A stretch of 64,000 bases of DNA, taken from contig CAJTPC010000002.1 in assembly GCA_910578245.1 (NCBI GenBank), positions 44,144 through 108,143 of the forward strand, in the 5' to 3' direction. Source of the stretch: an uncultured Christensenella sp. (lineage in GTDB: Bacteria > Bacillota > Clostridia > Christensenellales > UBA3700). Below are positions 1 through 8,558 of the stretch, one piece after another. Position numbers and translations under genes: made by a program. Each line of letters opens with the position of its first letter. Position 1 is the stretch's first letter. The notes under the pieces were generated by a model. That model was not told the origin of the DNA and did not search any database. It worked only from the letters and a program-made list of their open reading frames with translations.

Positions 1-112
1 GATATAATCTCGATATGGAACAATGATTTACCATATCACTATTAAGAAATTGGCTGTAATAACGTTGCGCTTGCTCACACTCTTCTCGAGTTCCCATTAT
101 TCTAATCTTCAT
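1..112 (-). CDS. hypothetical small phage/ICE-type protein, C-terminus cut by window edge
   Basis: ATG at 110-112 (minus) just after an SD complement (acccacc, 113-119). Frame stays open to position 1 and reads MKIRIMGTREECEQAQRYYSQFLNSDMVNH. Directly follows 120..371. Confidence 0.35.
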   Translation of the reverse strand, partial: MKIRIMGTREECEQAQRYYSQFLNSDMVNHCSISRLY

Positions 113-119
113 ACCCACC

Positions 120-371
120 TCACTTTAGCTCTTTCAATTTATCCAAATCGAAAGCATATGCAGAGGCAGTAAATTCGTCATAGAACTTACGAGCTTCCTC
201 TTCTGTGTCAAAAAATCTTGAAGCAATTACGCAATCATCATATCTGTCATATGACCAACTATTTGACCTATAATCTTTAATAATGTCTGTCTCTACTTCC
301 CAAAGAGAAGCTGCAATCTCATTCTTCCTTTTAATTACAGAAAAATGCCACGTCGTTTTTTGTTTTTCCAT
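120..371 (-). CDS. hypothetical 83-aa protein of the integrative-element remnant
   Basis: Intact ORF divergent from the XRE gene. I recognise no motif. Lower GC than core genes. Confidence 0.5.
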   Translation of the reverse strand: MEKQKTTWHFSVIKRKNEIAASLWEVETDIIKDYRSNSWSYDRYDDCVIASRFFDTEEEARKFYDEFTASAYAFDLDKLKELK

Positions 372-393
372 TTTCGAATCTCCTTCTTTAAGT

Positions 394-438
394 ATAAGTA
401 TACTTATATTTTGATTATATTATAAACTTACTTATATT
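394..438. promoter_or_regulatory. operator-like repeats in the divergent 120..371 / XRE intergenic region
   Basis: Perfect 14-bp palindrome ATAAGTATACTTAT (394-407). The 10-mer TACTTATATT occurs twice (401-410 and 429-438), between two divergent genes. Confidence 0.4.
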
Positions 439-488
439 GCAAGCGAAAATATAAATATTCTTATAAAATATTTTAAAGGAGAATTTTC

Positions 489-827
489 ATGGAATTAAAC
501 TATGGCGAAGCCCTTAAACAACAAAGAAAACTAAATGGATATACGCAAGAACAATTAGCTAATAAAACTGGAATAATACAAGCAAATATTAGTTATTGGG
601 AAAATAATATTTATACTCCAAGTATTGATTTTTGCGTACAACTAGCAAATTTATACAATATATCACTTGACGAGCTAATCGGCAGAGATACATTTGACGG
701 AGCTGTCGTAATAACAAAATATGTTAAAAGCGAAATCGCAGAAATATACGAGAAACTTAATAGACAAAATCAAATGATGGCACTAGGCTATCTAACCGCC
801 CTATTAGAAAAGCAAATCAATGAATAA
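489..827 (+). CDS. XRE-family helix-turn-helix transcriptional regulator (phage cI/Cro-like)
   Basis: N-terminal HTH_3 signature LKQQRKLNGYTQEQLANKTGIIQANISYWENN...LANLYNISLDELIG. SD aaaggag lies upstream. Confidence 0.85.
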   Translation: MELNYGEALKQQRKLNGYTQEQLANKTGIIQANISYWENNIYTPSIDFCVQLANLYNISLDELIGRDTFDGAVVITKYVKSEIAEIYEKLNRQNQMMALGYLTALLEKQINE

Positions 828-840
828 AGGAGACAAAATT

Positions 841-1008
841 ATGACCATAACTATGCACTATACAATATACAAAGACTTAATTGAAAAATGCACATTTTTT
901 GATGACAAAGGTAATCAAATACAAGTAAATCAAATTGACTACAATAAAAAATATAATACTATCACTCTTGAATTTGTCAAGCAACCAACAAAAGCAATAA
1001 TAAAGTAA
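841..1008 (+). CDS. hypothetical small protein (55 aa from the SD-supported ATG at 841)
   Basis: ORF track gives 820..1008. The ATG at 841 is preceded by aaaggagacaaaatt, so I prefer it. Confidence 0.4.
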   Translation: MTITMHYTIYKDLIEKCTFFDDKGNQIQVNQIDYNKKYNTITLEFVKQPTKAIIK

Positions 1009-1227
1009 TATTTACTCCGACCACAAAATGTCCTATAATATTCCTACTATAACAAAAAGGAGTATTACATCTATGAACACAAAAGACGTAAAAAAATTTT
1101 TAGCTGAATTACAGCAACACCTTAACAAGGCAACAGACTCTATCGCTTTTTTTTAGGATATATTCAAGGCGAAGAAGACTTTGAGCAACAAAATCAGAAT
1201 TCAAGAGATTCCGCAAAGGAGTCCAAA

Positions 1228-2265
1228 ATGAAATATCAAAATGCTGAAGTCAAACGAAGAACTGACGGGAGGTGGTACGCAAGATATAAACTATATCCAG
1301 GCATATATAAATATATCTACGGCAGAACTCAACTTGAATGTTATGAGAAATTACGAACGTTTGCAGACAATAAGAAGTTAGTTAAGAAGTGCATCCAAGC
1401 AATCACTACTCCCCAAAAACCGCCGAAGCCGACCTTTGGAGAGTTTTTTCAAACGTGGCTTGAGCAAGAAAAAATTCCAAAATGCAAGCCAAACACGATA
1501 AGACAACTAAAGAGCAAGTACAAAAACTACTTCTACAAGCTAGCCGACAGACCCATAGACGAAATTACTACTAATGAAATCAGAGCTTTTCTCAATGAGA
1601 TTACTTCGTCTTGCACGAAAGACCGGTGTTACGTAATCTTATCAGACTTATTCAGACATGCAATAAACTATGACTTGATACAATTCTCAGTAATGCAGAA
1701 GATAACTCACTTCAAGCATAAAGATAAACCGCGTGAACCACTAACCCACAAAGAAGAAATTCTATTTGTCCAAGAAGCCGAAAAGTCTGACTGCGCCCTT
1801 ATTTTCTTCTTAATGCTCTACGAGGGATTGCGAACGTCTGAAGCAAAAGCAATTACTCCGGCAGACATTAAAGACGATTACATCATAGTAGACAAGTCTA
1901 TCAATGACTACGGCGACTTCGTACCAACAAAGACAAACAACAAACGAATTGTACCTATCTTTGAGAAATTCAAGCCGTATGCAGATAAGTATCGCGGAAC
2001 TGCGACTACCCCATGTCTTGGAAAAGTCAACAAACATACCGCCGTCAAAGAATACAAGGCAATTCAAATAGCTACCAACATAAGCAAGCAAATGTATTCT
2101 CTACGTCATACGTTCGCGACCAGATGTGAAGAAGCCGGAATATCCGTCAAGCAAACAGCACAATGGATGGGACACTCTGACATTCATACTACCTTAAATA
2201 ATTATATAGGTATACAGACTGCATTTGAGAAAGAAAACATCAAGAAAAAGAACGATATAGATTGA
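1228..2265 (+). CDS. int: tyrosine site-specific recombinase (phage-type integrase)
   Basis: C-terminal catalytic signature LRHTFATRCEEAGISVKQTAQWMGHSDIHTTLNNYIG (R..HxxR..Y). SD aaaggag upstream. Lies 100 bp from the 3' end of tRNA-Glu. Confidence 0.9.
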   Translation: MKYQNAEVKRRTDGRWYARYKLYPGIYKYIYGRTQLECYEKLRTFADNKKLVKKCIQAITTPQKPPKPTFGEFFQTWLEQEKIPKCKPNTIRQLKSKYKNYFYKLADRPIDEITTNEIRAFLNEITSSCTKDRCYVILSDLFRHAINYDLIQFSVMQKITHFKHKDKPREPLTHKEEILFVQEAEKSDCALIFFLMLYEGLRTSEAKAITPADIKDDYIIVDKSINDYGDFVPTKTNNKRIVPIFEKFKPYADKYRGTATTPCLGKVNKHTAVKEYKAIQIATNISKQMYSLRHTFATRCEEAGISVKQTAQWMGHSDIHTTLNNYIGIQTAFEKENIKKKNDID

Positions 2266-2285
2266 CACAAATCTTGACACAAATC
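2262..2285 (+). repeat. 12-bp perfect tandem direct repeat (TTGACACAAATC x2) overlapping the int stop codon
   Basis: Read directly: ttgacacaaatc at 2262-2273 and again at 2274-2285. Possible integrase arm or att-proximal site. Confidence 0.6.
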
Positions 2286-2365
2286 TTTAAGATTAAAGCA
2301 ATGAAAAAAGACTGTATCATTCTTAAATCACCACATTTTAGAACAATACAGTCTTAAATCTTAAC

Positions 2366-2440
2366 TGGTGACTCCACGGGGATTCGAACCCCGGTAGCAG
2401 GCGTGAGAGGCCTGAGTCTTAACCGCTTGACCATGGAGCC
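2366..2440 (-). tRNA. tRNA-Glu (anticodon CTC), CCA encoded
   Basis: Minus-strand read GGCTCCATGGTCAAGCGGTTAAGACTCAGGCCTCTCACGCCTGCTACCGGGGTTCGAATCCCCGTGGAGTCACCA folds as a cloverleaf. Anticodon stem CAGGC/GCCTG, loop CTCTCAC. Confidence 0.85.
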
Positions 2441-2634
2441 TTATTTAAGTGCTTCTTAATATTATCATAATAATTTAAGACTGTCTATTGTTTTTTGCAA
2501 ATTTTTTAATTTTGTCTGTATAATTTGCTCTTACATGACAAATTTAACTAATAAAATTATCTTCATTTAGCCAAAAGTATTGACTTTCCATACCATTTAT
2601 AATATATTTAATATGTTCTTAAATATATTTTCTT

Positions 2635-2709
2635 GCTTCCGTAGTTAAATGGATATAATAAGCCCCTCCTAAGGGTTAGTTATGGGTTCGATTCCCGTCG
2701 GGAGTACCA
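2635..2709 (+). tRNA. tRNA-Arg (anticodon CCT), CCA encoded
   Basis: GCTTCCGTAGTTAAATGGATATAATAAGCCCCTCCTAAGGGTTAGTTATGGGTTCGATTCCCGTCGGGAGTACCA. Acceptor GCTTCCG/CGGGAGT (with G-U pairs), anticodon loop CTCCTAA, T-loop TTCGATT. Confidence 0.8.
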
Positions 2710-2825
2710 ATATACAACGTTTCATATCGAAACATTACCTATGGTAGGCTACAACAAACTGCTCCTACCATATTTATTTTTATTCTCCTATTTAATTATA
2801 TCGAAGACATCTCTCATTAATTGTT

Positions 2826-3857
2826 TTATTCTATTAACCTAAAGTATGCTGTTACTTCAAAGGAACTAGTTACGTTTTTATCTTGTCTTATGTCGGTGGT
2901 CACTCCGTCGCTCCAATATGCAAACTCATAACCTGCCATCGGCAGAGCTACCATAACGTCACAATCGTCATTTTTTTGCACGGTACACATATACCACTCT
3001 GTGTATTTAATATTGTCATTATAGCGCGCTATGTAACCGCCCTCAGAGGCATAATACGTAACCGTTACTCGTTGATTTTTTCTCACAACACCTACTATCA
3101 CTGATAATGCTATGAAAAACACAACTAAGCAACTGGCAACTATTATGATAGTTTTCTTTTTAGTCCTTTCCTTTTGCCACTCTTTCTCCATTTTGTCGAT
3201 ATCGTCGCGTTTGTTTTGTTCCGCTATCTTGTCTTGGTCATATTTATACTTTATTAGATAATTTAGCGCTGCAAAAGTATTTCTCAATTCTGCATTTGAG
3301 ATATTGTTTTGCATGCCTTCAATACTTAAACAAAGTTCATACAAGTTCGTTATTTCGTAGTGATTATAATATTTATCCTCAGCTAAATATTTCTGCAAAT
3401 ATCTGTTGAGATACTCGTAAAATTCCTTATCGAATTTTATATTGCTATTAGCTAAATCTTCATCTAAAATACTTAATGCTTTATATAAACTAATTTTAGA
3501 ATATCTTCCATTTTGCTGTTTTAAGTTTTTTTCAATATACTTTTTAACAAATGTTATAGAATTATTTTCAGGCTCACGGTTTAGCAATCTAACGCAATAA
3601 TCTCTTGCCTCTGCAACGCTTCCGTCAAAGAGTTCGTCATACAATCGCGCTTTATAAATTGCAATCTTATCCTTATTTTCTTCACTTTTTCCTGCTGCTC
3701 CATAATAGACCTTTGTGATATTGTTATTATTGATTATATAAATATTATCTTCTTTCTCTAAATAAATAGAGCCACAGTTACGGCAATGCCAATTATTATT
3801 TTTATCTCTTTCAAGTTTTGCTCCACAATTAACACATTTTAATATTTTAACACTCAT
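2826..3857 (-). CDS. Zn-ribbon / single-pass membrane protein with C-terminal Listeria-Bacteroides (InlB B-repeat-like) domain
   Basis: N-terminal CxxC-x13-CxxC (CVNCGAKLERDKNNNWHCRNCG), a helical middle, TM segment IIIVASCLVVFFIALSVIVGVV, and C-terminal GYEFAYWSDG...FEVTAYF motif. Confidence 0.6.
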   Translation of the reverse strand: MSVKILKCVNCGAKLERDKNNNWHCRNCGSIYLEKEDNIYIINNNNITKVYYGAAGKSEENKDKIAIYKARLYDELFDGSVAEARDYCVRLLNREPENNSITFVKKYIEKNLKQQNGRYSKISLYKALSILDEDLANSNIKFDKEFYEYLNRYLQKYLAEDKYYNHYEITNLYELCLSIEGMQNNISNAELRNTFAALNYLIKYKYDQDKIAEQNKRDDIDKMEKEWQKERTKKKTIIIVASCLVVFFIALSVIVGVVRKNQRVTVTYYASEGGYIARYNDNIKYTEWYMCTVQKNDDCDVMVALPMAGYEFAYWSDGVTTDIRQDKNVTSSFEVTAYFRLIE

Positions 3858-3897
3858 ATTACACCTTATCTTTTAGCATATTATTTTAATATTTCTG

Positions 3898-4689
3898 TCA
3901 CTTCCTATAAAATTTGCAATTATGCCTATTAAATTCAAGTGGGATAATTTTGTTAATTGTCGCTCCATTATATAAAGAAAGCGATATGACAATTACTCTG
4001 TAGTCAGTATTAAAAAATAACCATTGCCCATTAAACCCCTTATGTTTATTGATAGTGTTTATAGCGACATTCTCAATAGCTAATCTCTCACGATTGACTC
4101 CTAGTTGAAATAATACTAATATAGGAACGTTTAATATTTTTGCGAGTGCGTCTAACTCAATAAGCTTTGTTCTTTCTTCTTCTCTCCTAGTATAAGCCAT
4201 TAAATCTGATTGCGCATATATATCTAGTAAGTCGCATTCAGCAATATTCTTTATTATTCCTGTAGTTATAGACTCTGAAACTGGAGATATAAGCTGACAA
4301 TAATCAATTATAATAAGATCTACGCTTCCGCACTTTTCTACCATTTTGCCAATCTTCACAGCAATGCCTTGCGTTGTTATTGTCGCTGAATCATCAATAA
4401 ATATCTTACTGTTTTGTAATTCTTCACCCACATATTCCAATTGTTTTTTCTCTTCTTGAGATAATTCATCTGATTCAGCTATTTTTGTATTTAAACCTGC
4501 TCGCAGAAAAACAAGTTTACGAACTAATTCTTCCGCAGACTGCTCAAGAGTAAAATAACACACCACTTTTCCTTCATTTAAACCATATTGTTCAACTATA
4601 TTAAGCGCTAAACTAGTTTTGCCACACCCAGGCGAGCCTGCCAATACAGTTGCACAAGATGGTTTTAGAATGTCTTTAAATATTTCCAT
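3898..4689 (-). CDS. stand-alone DnaB C-terminal-domain / RecA-KaiC-type P-loop ATPase (no helicase N-domain)
   Basis: Walker A VLAGSPGCGKTSLALN and Walker B DLIIIDYCQLI. The segment LAKILNVPILVLFQLGVNRER parallels DnaB LAKELNVPVIALSQLSR. Only 263 aa. Confidence 0.7.
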   Translation of the reverse strand: MEIFKDILKPSCATVLAGSPGCGKTSLALNIVEQYGLNEGKVVCYFTLEQSAEELVRKLVFLRAGLNTKIAESDELSQEEKKQLEYVGEELQNSKIFIDDSATITTQGIAVKIGKMVEKCGSVDLIIIDYCQLISPVSESITTGIIKNIAECDLLDIYAQSDLMAYTRREEERTKLIELDALAKILNVPILVLFQLGVNRERLAIENVAINTINKHKGFNGQWLFFNTDYRVIVISLSLYNGATINKIIPLEFNRHNCKFYRK

Positions 4690-4692
4690 AAA

Positions 4693-5544
4693 TTACCTCT
4701 TTGCGTATCTTTTAATTAGTTCTATAGCCCATTGTTCCGCTTGTGAACATTCTTCAATTACAAACTCTTGTCCACGCAGAGCAGATTGAAAGTAATCTTT
4801 CTTTTGACTATTTTCATTATGATAGGATAATTTTAAGTCCTGTAACTCTTTTGGTAATTCCCAATGAGTAGGGGGTCTCTCGCCAAATTTTGTCAATACA
4901 AGGTCTTTATCAAAATTAAATGTACCGTAACCTTTGATTGAATTATCGAACGTACAAGTTTCTCGTGCTATATAAATGCAATTGTTTTTATCATTGCTGA
5001 AATCTTCTATTTCATTATTCCAATGAGGGTGTAGTTTTAACCACGGATATCTGCTTTCATAATCGTGTCTTTCTTTATTGCTCAAAGAATTGGGGTAAAC
5101 TATTTCACCTATTTGCAAATACCCAAAAATAATATGTTTGCTCTTACTCTTAAATACTTTAACTTCGCTTTGTGAAGTATTGCAATCTTTAAACAGTCCA
5201 AAAAATATAAAGATATCCCCAACACTCACACCTTGATTTAATAAATGCGCCTGAGATGAATTGACCTGACCTAACGAACCCAAAAATGAGTCTACATTAT
5301 AAAAATTTATTAAATTAGGGTCTACGTGGCAATGTGTATCAGTGTTTATCGTTTTAGAATGATTAAATATTTGCTCCACCACATTGGAAGTTGTCGGATT
5401 CTCACATAAACTCAAATCTCTGTATGTGGCAGTATTGTTTTTAGACATAATTGGTAACATAACAAGTTCCGTATTGTTGATACACAAATTTGCAATATCA
5501 CAATATGTACTGTCTAACCCTTTTCGGCTCAATATTACTTTCAT
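4693..5544 (-). CDS. Nmad3-like (nucleotide-modification-associated domain 3-like) protein, function unknown
   Basis: MKVILSRKGLDS start, GDIFIFFGLF and HIIFGYLQIGEIV blocks match my recollection of the Nmad3 family signature. Ends 3 bp before the ATPase gene starts. Confidence 0.45.
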   Translation of the reverse strand: MKVILSRKGLDSTYCDIANLCINNTELVMLPIMSKNNTATYRDLSLCENPTTSNVVEQIFNHSKTINTDTHCHVDPNLINFYNVDSFLGSLGQVNSSQAHLLNQGVSVGDIFIFFGLFKDCNTSQSEVKVFKSKSKHIIFGYLQIGEIVYPNSLSNKERHDYESRYPWLKLHPHWNNEIEDFSNDKNNCIYIARETCTFDNSIKGYGTFNFDKDLVLTKFGERPPTHWELPKELQDLKLSYHNENSQKKDYFQSALRGQEFVIEECSQAEQWAIELIKRYAKR

Positions 5545-5699
5545 CTTTCACCTCACTTGTAATTATCGTAGCATAAAATGAACTTAAAGGCAATGAATTA
5601 TAAATGCAAAATAATTTCATACTATGTGATTTTTACAAGTAATACAAAATATCCCTTTCTCGTATTTCTTTTATAATTACATTATGGGGGTGCGTTATT

Positions 5700-5900
5700 A
5701 TGAATAAAGATAAAGTAGTTGAGCGTATAAGTGCATTGCGTACAAAAGCAAGATTATCCGCACGTGATTTAAGTCTTAAAATCGGTAAAAATGCTGCATA
5801 TATTTCTCGTTTAAAATCTAAAAATGACAGTTTCGAGCCGTCAGTTTCTGCCCGGTATTTACCGAAGAAAAAGAAATTTGAAAAAGGCATCCACCAATAA
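5700..5900 (+). CDS. short XRE-type HTH protein (66 aa; possibly truncated)
   Basis: ALRTKARLSARDLSLKIGKNAAYISRLKSKN is an HTH_3-like core. Divergent from the 4693..5544 cassette. The K-rich tail after FEPSVS looks non-native. Confidence 0.5.
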   Translation: MNKDKVVERISALRTKARLSARDLSLKIGKNAAYISRLKSKNDSFEPSVSARYLPKKKKFEKGIHQ

Positions 5901-5945
5901 GGGCAACTTCCATAGGGGATTTTTATGATTTTCATTTTAAGCAAT

Positions 5946-5980
5946 AAAAGGCTCTCAAACCAACTGTTTGAAAGCCTTTT
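5946..5980. terminator. bidirectional rho-independent terminator
   Basis: aaaaggctctcaaac-caac-tgtttgaaagcctttt: stem of about 11 bp with one mismatch, flanked by an A-run and a T-run. Lies between convergent genes. Confidence 0.6.
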
Positions 5981-6018
5981 AACTATACATAATTAAGTAA
6001 AATAAATTGAAATTTATC

Positions 6019-6579
6019 TTACATCGGTTTTAGATTTTTATTAAGCCGTTCTACCATCCACGCAATTCTCTTTTCGCGCCCCGTGTCCGTTTTGGCATCT
6101 AAATATGCTTTTACATACGTTTTCTTTACCGATAATGACATTGCCGAAAAATTTGTATAAGCAGGCTCATAGGATTTCAAAATTTCGGCAAGCGCGGCAA
6201 TTTGTTCTTCCGTAACCGCCGCAGGTTTCGGGGCATACCATTGTCCGTTTTGTTTTGCTTCCTCGATTTTCTTTCTGCCGAAGTCAGTCATAAGTCCCCG
6301 TTCTTCGAGAACTTTTACCAAAGTCTTGTTTTTCTCCGACCACTTGCAGTTCGCTCGGCGCATAGAAAAATACTTTTTATAGGTATTGTTATCAATGTTT
6401 TGCATTTGTCCGTCGATCCACCCAAAGCAAAGGGCTTCTTCCAATGCTTCGTCTGCTTTAATCGTTTTCGGATTGCCGTGCTTACCAAACAAAAGCCAAA
6501 TGCCATCGGTAGAAAGACAATTTTCAGTTAGCCAATTTCGGAATTCCGCTCTTTCCGAAAATACCAATATATCGTTCAT
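6019..6579 (-). CDS. YdeI/OmpD-associated family protein
   Basis: FRNWLTEN...GIWLLFGKHG...EALCFGWIDGQ...YFSMRR...WSEKNK pattern is typical of the YdeI/OmdA family. Confidence 0.75.
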   Translation of the reverse strand: MNDILVFSERAEFRNWLTENCLSTDGIWLLFGKHGNPKTIKADEALEEALCFGWIDGQMQNIDNNTYKKYFSMRRANCKWSEKNKTLVKVLEERGLMTDFGRKKIEEAKQNGQWYAPKPAAVTEEQIAALAEILKSYEPAYTNFSAMSLSVKKTYVKAYLDAKTDTGREKRIAWMVERLNKNLKPM

Positions 6580-6904
6580 TTTTCTCTCCGCTAAATTACT
6601 GTTTATCGTACAGTCATTATAGCAAAAAAATCAAAAGAATCACAACTAAACAGGTGCTTTTCTTTTTATTCTGTCATAATTGGGTGTATCAACTTTAATA
6701 ACAACATTGATTTAAGGAGAAAATATATGAGTACAAAAAATGAAAACATGTCTTGACAAAATAATTCTTCAAGCGAGAAAGTGCGATTATTCAGACTTCT
6801 CAAACACAAGGAACAAATCCTTCAATGATACAAAGGACATTTCGTGATAACGGACAACACACACGTTCTTTACCACAAGTACCGCAAGTCCTTGTGAGGT
6901 ATTT

Positions 6905-7444
6905 TTACGTCAATTGCGAGACTCTACACTTTTGGCAAAGAGGGTAGGTCGTAAGTAGCGATCGTATTTTGGTATACATGGTGGTAAAGGAACCGCTATA
7001 GAAATAGAGGGCTGTCTCGGTAGGTCCCTGCCAATAGCTATAGAGTATTGGAGGAGTTTCGAGTAATCGGAATACTTCGTCTACAACAAAGTTTATATCG
7101 CAATTTTTGTATACTTCGGCGGGAAGATCTACGCCGTTGAGATATAAACCCATGCCTTCGAGTTCTCCCAGCGGGTATTCCCTATCGACTTTACCTTCGC
7201 CGTTCAACACCGTGAGTTTACTGCCTTTTGCCATAGGTATATAGTGCAAAAGTTCAAGAAGTCGATTAATCTTATCTTCATAGCAGTCTATATTTACTTC
7301 GCAACTTGCAATACCGCCTTCTTTGAAAAAAACGGAATTTCCACCTACGACGTTGCCAACCTTTTCCTTTTTGAAGATACCTTGAAGATGCTCTTCATAA
7401 TACGAAATTCTGTGCTCCGGTTGCAATCTTTCATTGACGTGCAA
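6905..7444 (-). CDS. hypothetical protein (179 aa)
   Basis: Intact ORF downstream of the mreB-like gene. I recognise no motif. Confidence 0.5.
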   Translation of the reverse strand: MHVNERLQPEHRISYYEEHLQGIFKKEKVGNVVGGNSVFFKEGGIASCEVNIDCYEDKINRLLELLHYIPMAKGSKLTVLNGEGKVDREYPLGELEGMGLYLNGVDLPAEVYKNCDINFVVDEVFRLLETPPILYSYWQGPTETALYFYSGSFTTMYTKIRSLLTTYPLCQKCRVSQLT

Positions 7445-7531
7445 TATAGTCTTTATCGTATTCTCTTTTTTATTACTGAACAGTCCCGTATTTATTCCCT
7501 CCCCTTCAAGTAATTGTGCCTAAACAAAGTA

Positions 7532-8542
7532 TTATTTATAATTGATTACGTTGAGTATCTTGGCTAAATCCACATTATTTTCCAAGAAATGCATACCGCC
7601 CCTTGAAACGATGGTAGTAGGATCTTCTACGACCTTTGCCTTCATCTTCATAAACTTGGATATATATTCGTCAAGTCCGGCAAGTTTTGCTCCGCCACCG
7701 CAAAGCACTATACCTTCGGCTACAATATCATTGCTCAAATCTTCAGGAATCTGGAACGAAATATTATAGATAATATTGACTAATTCGGCGATATACGGCT
7801 CGATAACGCCCAATATTTCCTTTGACGTAATTACTTCGCTTTGCGTCTTTGCCAATCCGATTTTACGAACGTTGACGCGCATCGACATATTATTATTGTC
7901 GTACATACTGCCTAGTTCTCTCTTAATCTTCTCTGCCAAAGCAAATGGCACGGTGCAACTCATACTCATAACCATATAATCGGCAATAGCCTTTGTGAGC
8001 TTATCTCCGCCGATATCCACACTGCAACCGGTTACTATACCGTCACTGCCGACTATGGCAATTTCCGTCTTAGATGCCCCTATATCTACAATAAAATGTC
8101 CTCTTCCATAGCCCAGCGCGCCCGCGATTGCAACCGGCGATTCAAGCGCGATAACTTCGCTTACTCCTGACTTGCGCAAAGCCTTTTCGATATCCCTCTT
8201 TTCAGATAGTCCTACCCCTTGCCCTACTAAGGCAAGCGCCTTTATTTGTGGCTTAATTAAAGTATTACCCGGTAAACAACGGGAAATATAGTCTTTGAGC
8301 ATACATACCGCGGCTTTTTCGTTGGTAATAATTCCGCCGTCAATAGTATTAATCGTTTGGAAGCCTTGCGGTGGCATCTTAACGTATTTTTCAACGCCCT
8401 TACCGCTTTCTACCAAAGTCATCTTATTATTTTTCGTCTTTACGGTAACTCGCGACTCGTCACTGACAATAAGACCGCTACCCACCTTGTGTATGGAGGT
8501 AGTTGCGCTTCCCAAATCAATAGCCAATCCCACTTCTTTCAT
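7532..8542 (-). CDS. mreB: MreB/Mbl-family actin-like ATPase (divergent)
   Basis: Phosphate-1 IDLGSATTSI; DGGIITNEKAAVCMLKDYI (MreB DGVIADFE..ML..FI); DIGASKTEIAIV; DIGGDKLTKAIADYM; LCGGGAKLAGLDEYIS. Confidence 0.75.
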   Translation of the reverse strand: MKEVGLAIDLGSATTSIHKVGSGLIVSDESRVTVKTKNNKMTLVESGKGVEKYVKMPPQGFQTINTIDGGIITNEKAAVCMLKDYISRCLPGNTLIKPQIKALALVGQGVGLSEKRDIEKALRKSGVSEVIALESPVAIAGALGYGRGHFIVDIGASKTEIAIVGSDGIVTGCSVDIGGDKLTKAIADYMVMSMSCTVPFALAEKIKRELGSMYDNNNMSMRVNVRKIGLAKTQSEVITSKEILGVIEPYIAELVNIIYNISFQIPEDLSNDIVAEGIVLCGGGAKLAGLDEYISKFMKMKAKVVEDPTTIVSRGGMHFLENNVDLAKILNVINYK

Positions 8543-8558
8543 ATCTCATGCTCCGAAT

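Larger units (their letters stand above)
1..2365. mobile_element. right end of a prophage/integrative-element remnant inserted at the 3' end of tRNA-Glu; extends left of the window
   Basis: Integrase next to the tRNA 3' end, an XRE switch-like divergent pair, and small hypothetical ORFs. The far att site is outside the window. Confidence 0.6.

Noticed and set aside
6580-6905. 325-bp gap with an SD-led 9-codon mini-ORF (MSTKNENMS, 6727-6756), considered as a leader peptide/attenuator
   Set aside because: No plus-strand gene follows it. The continuing frames read like fragments (..LDKIILQARKCDYSDF..), so it is more likely the decayed 5' end of a lost gene. I could not identify the parent family.
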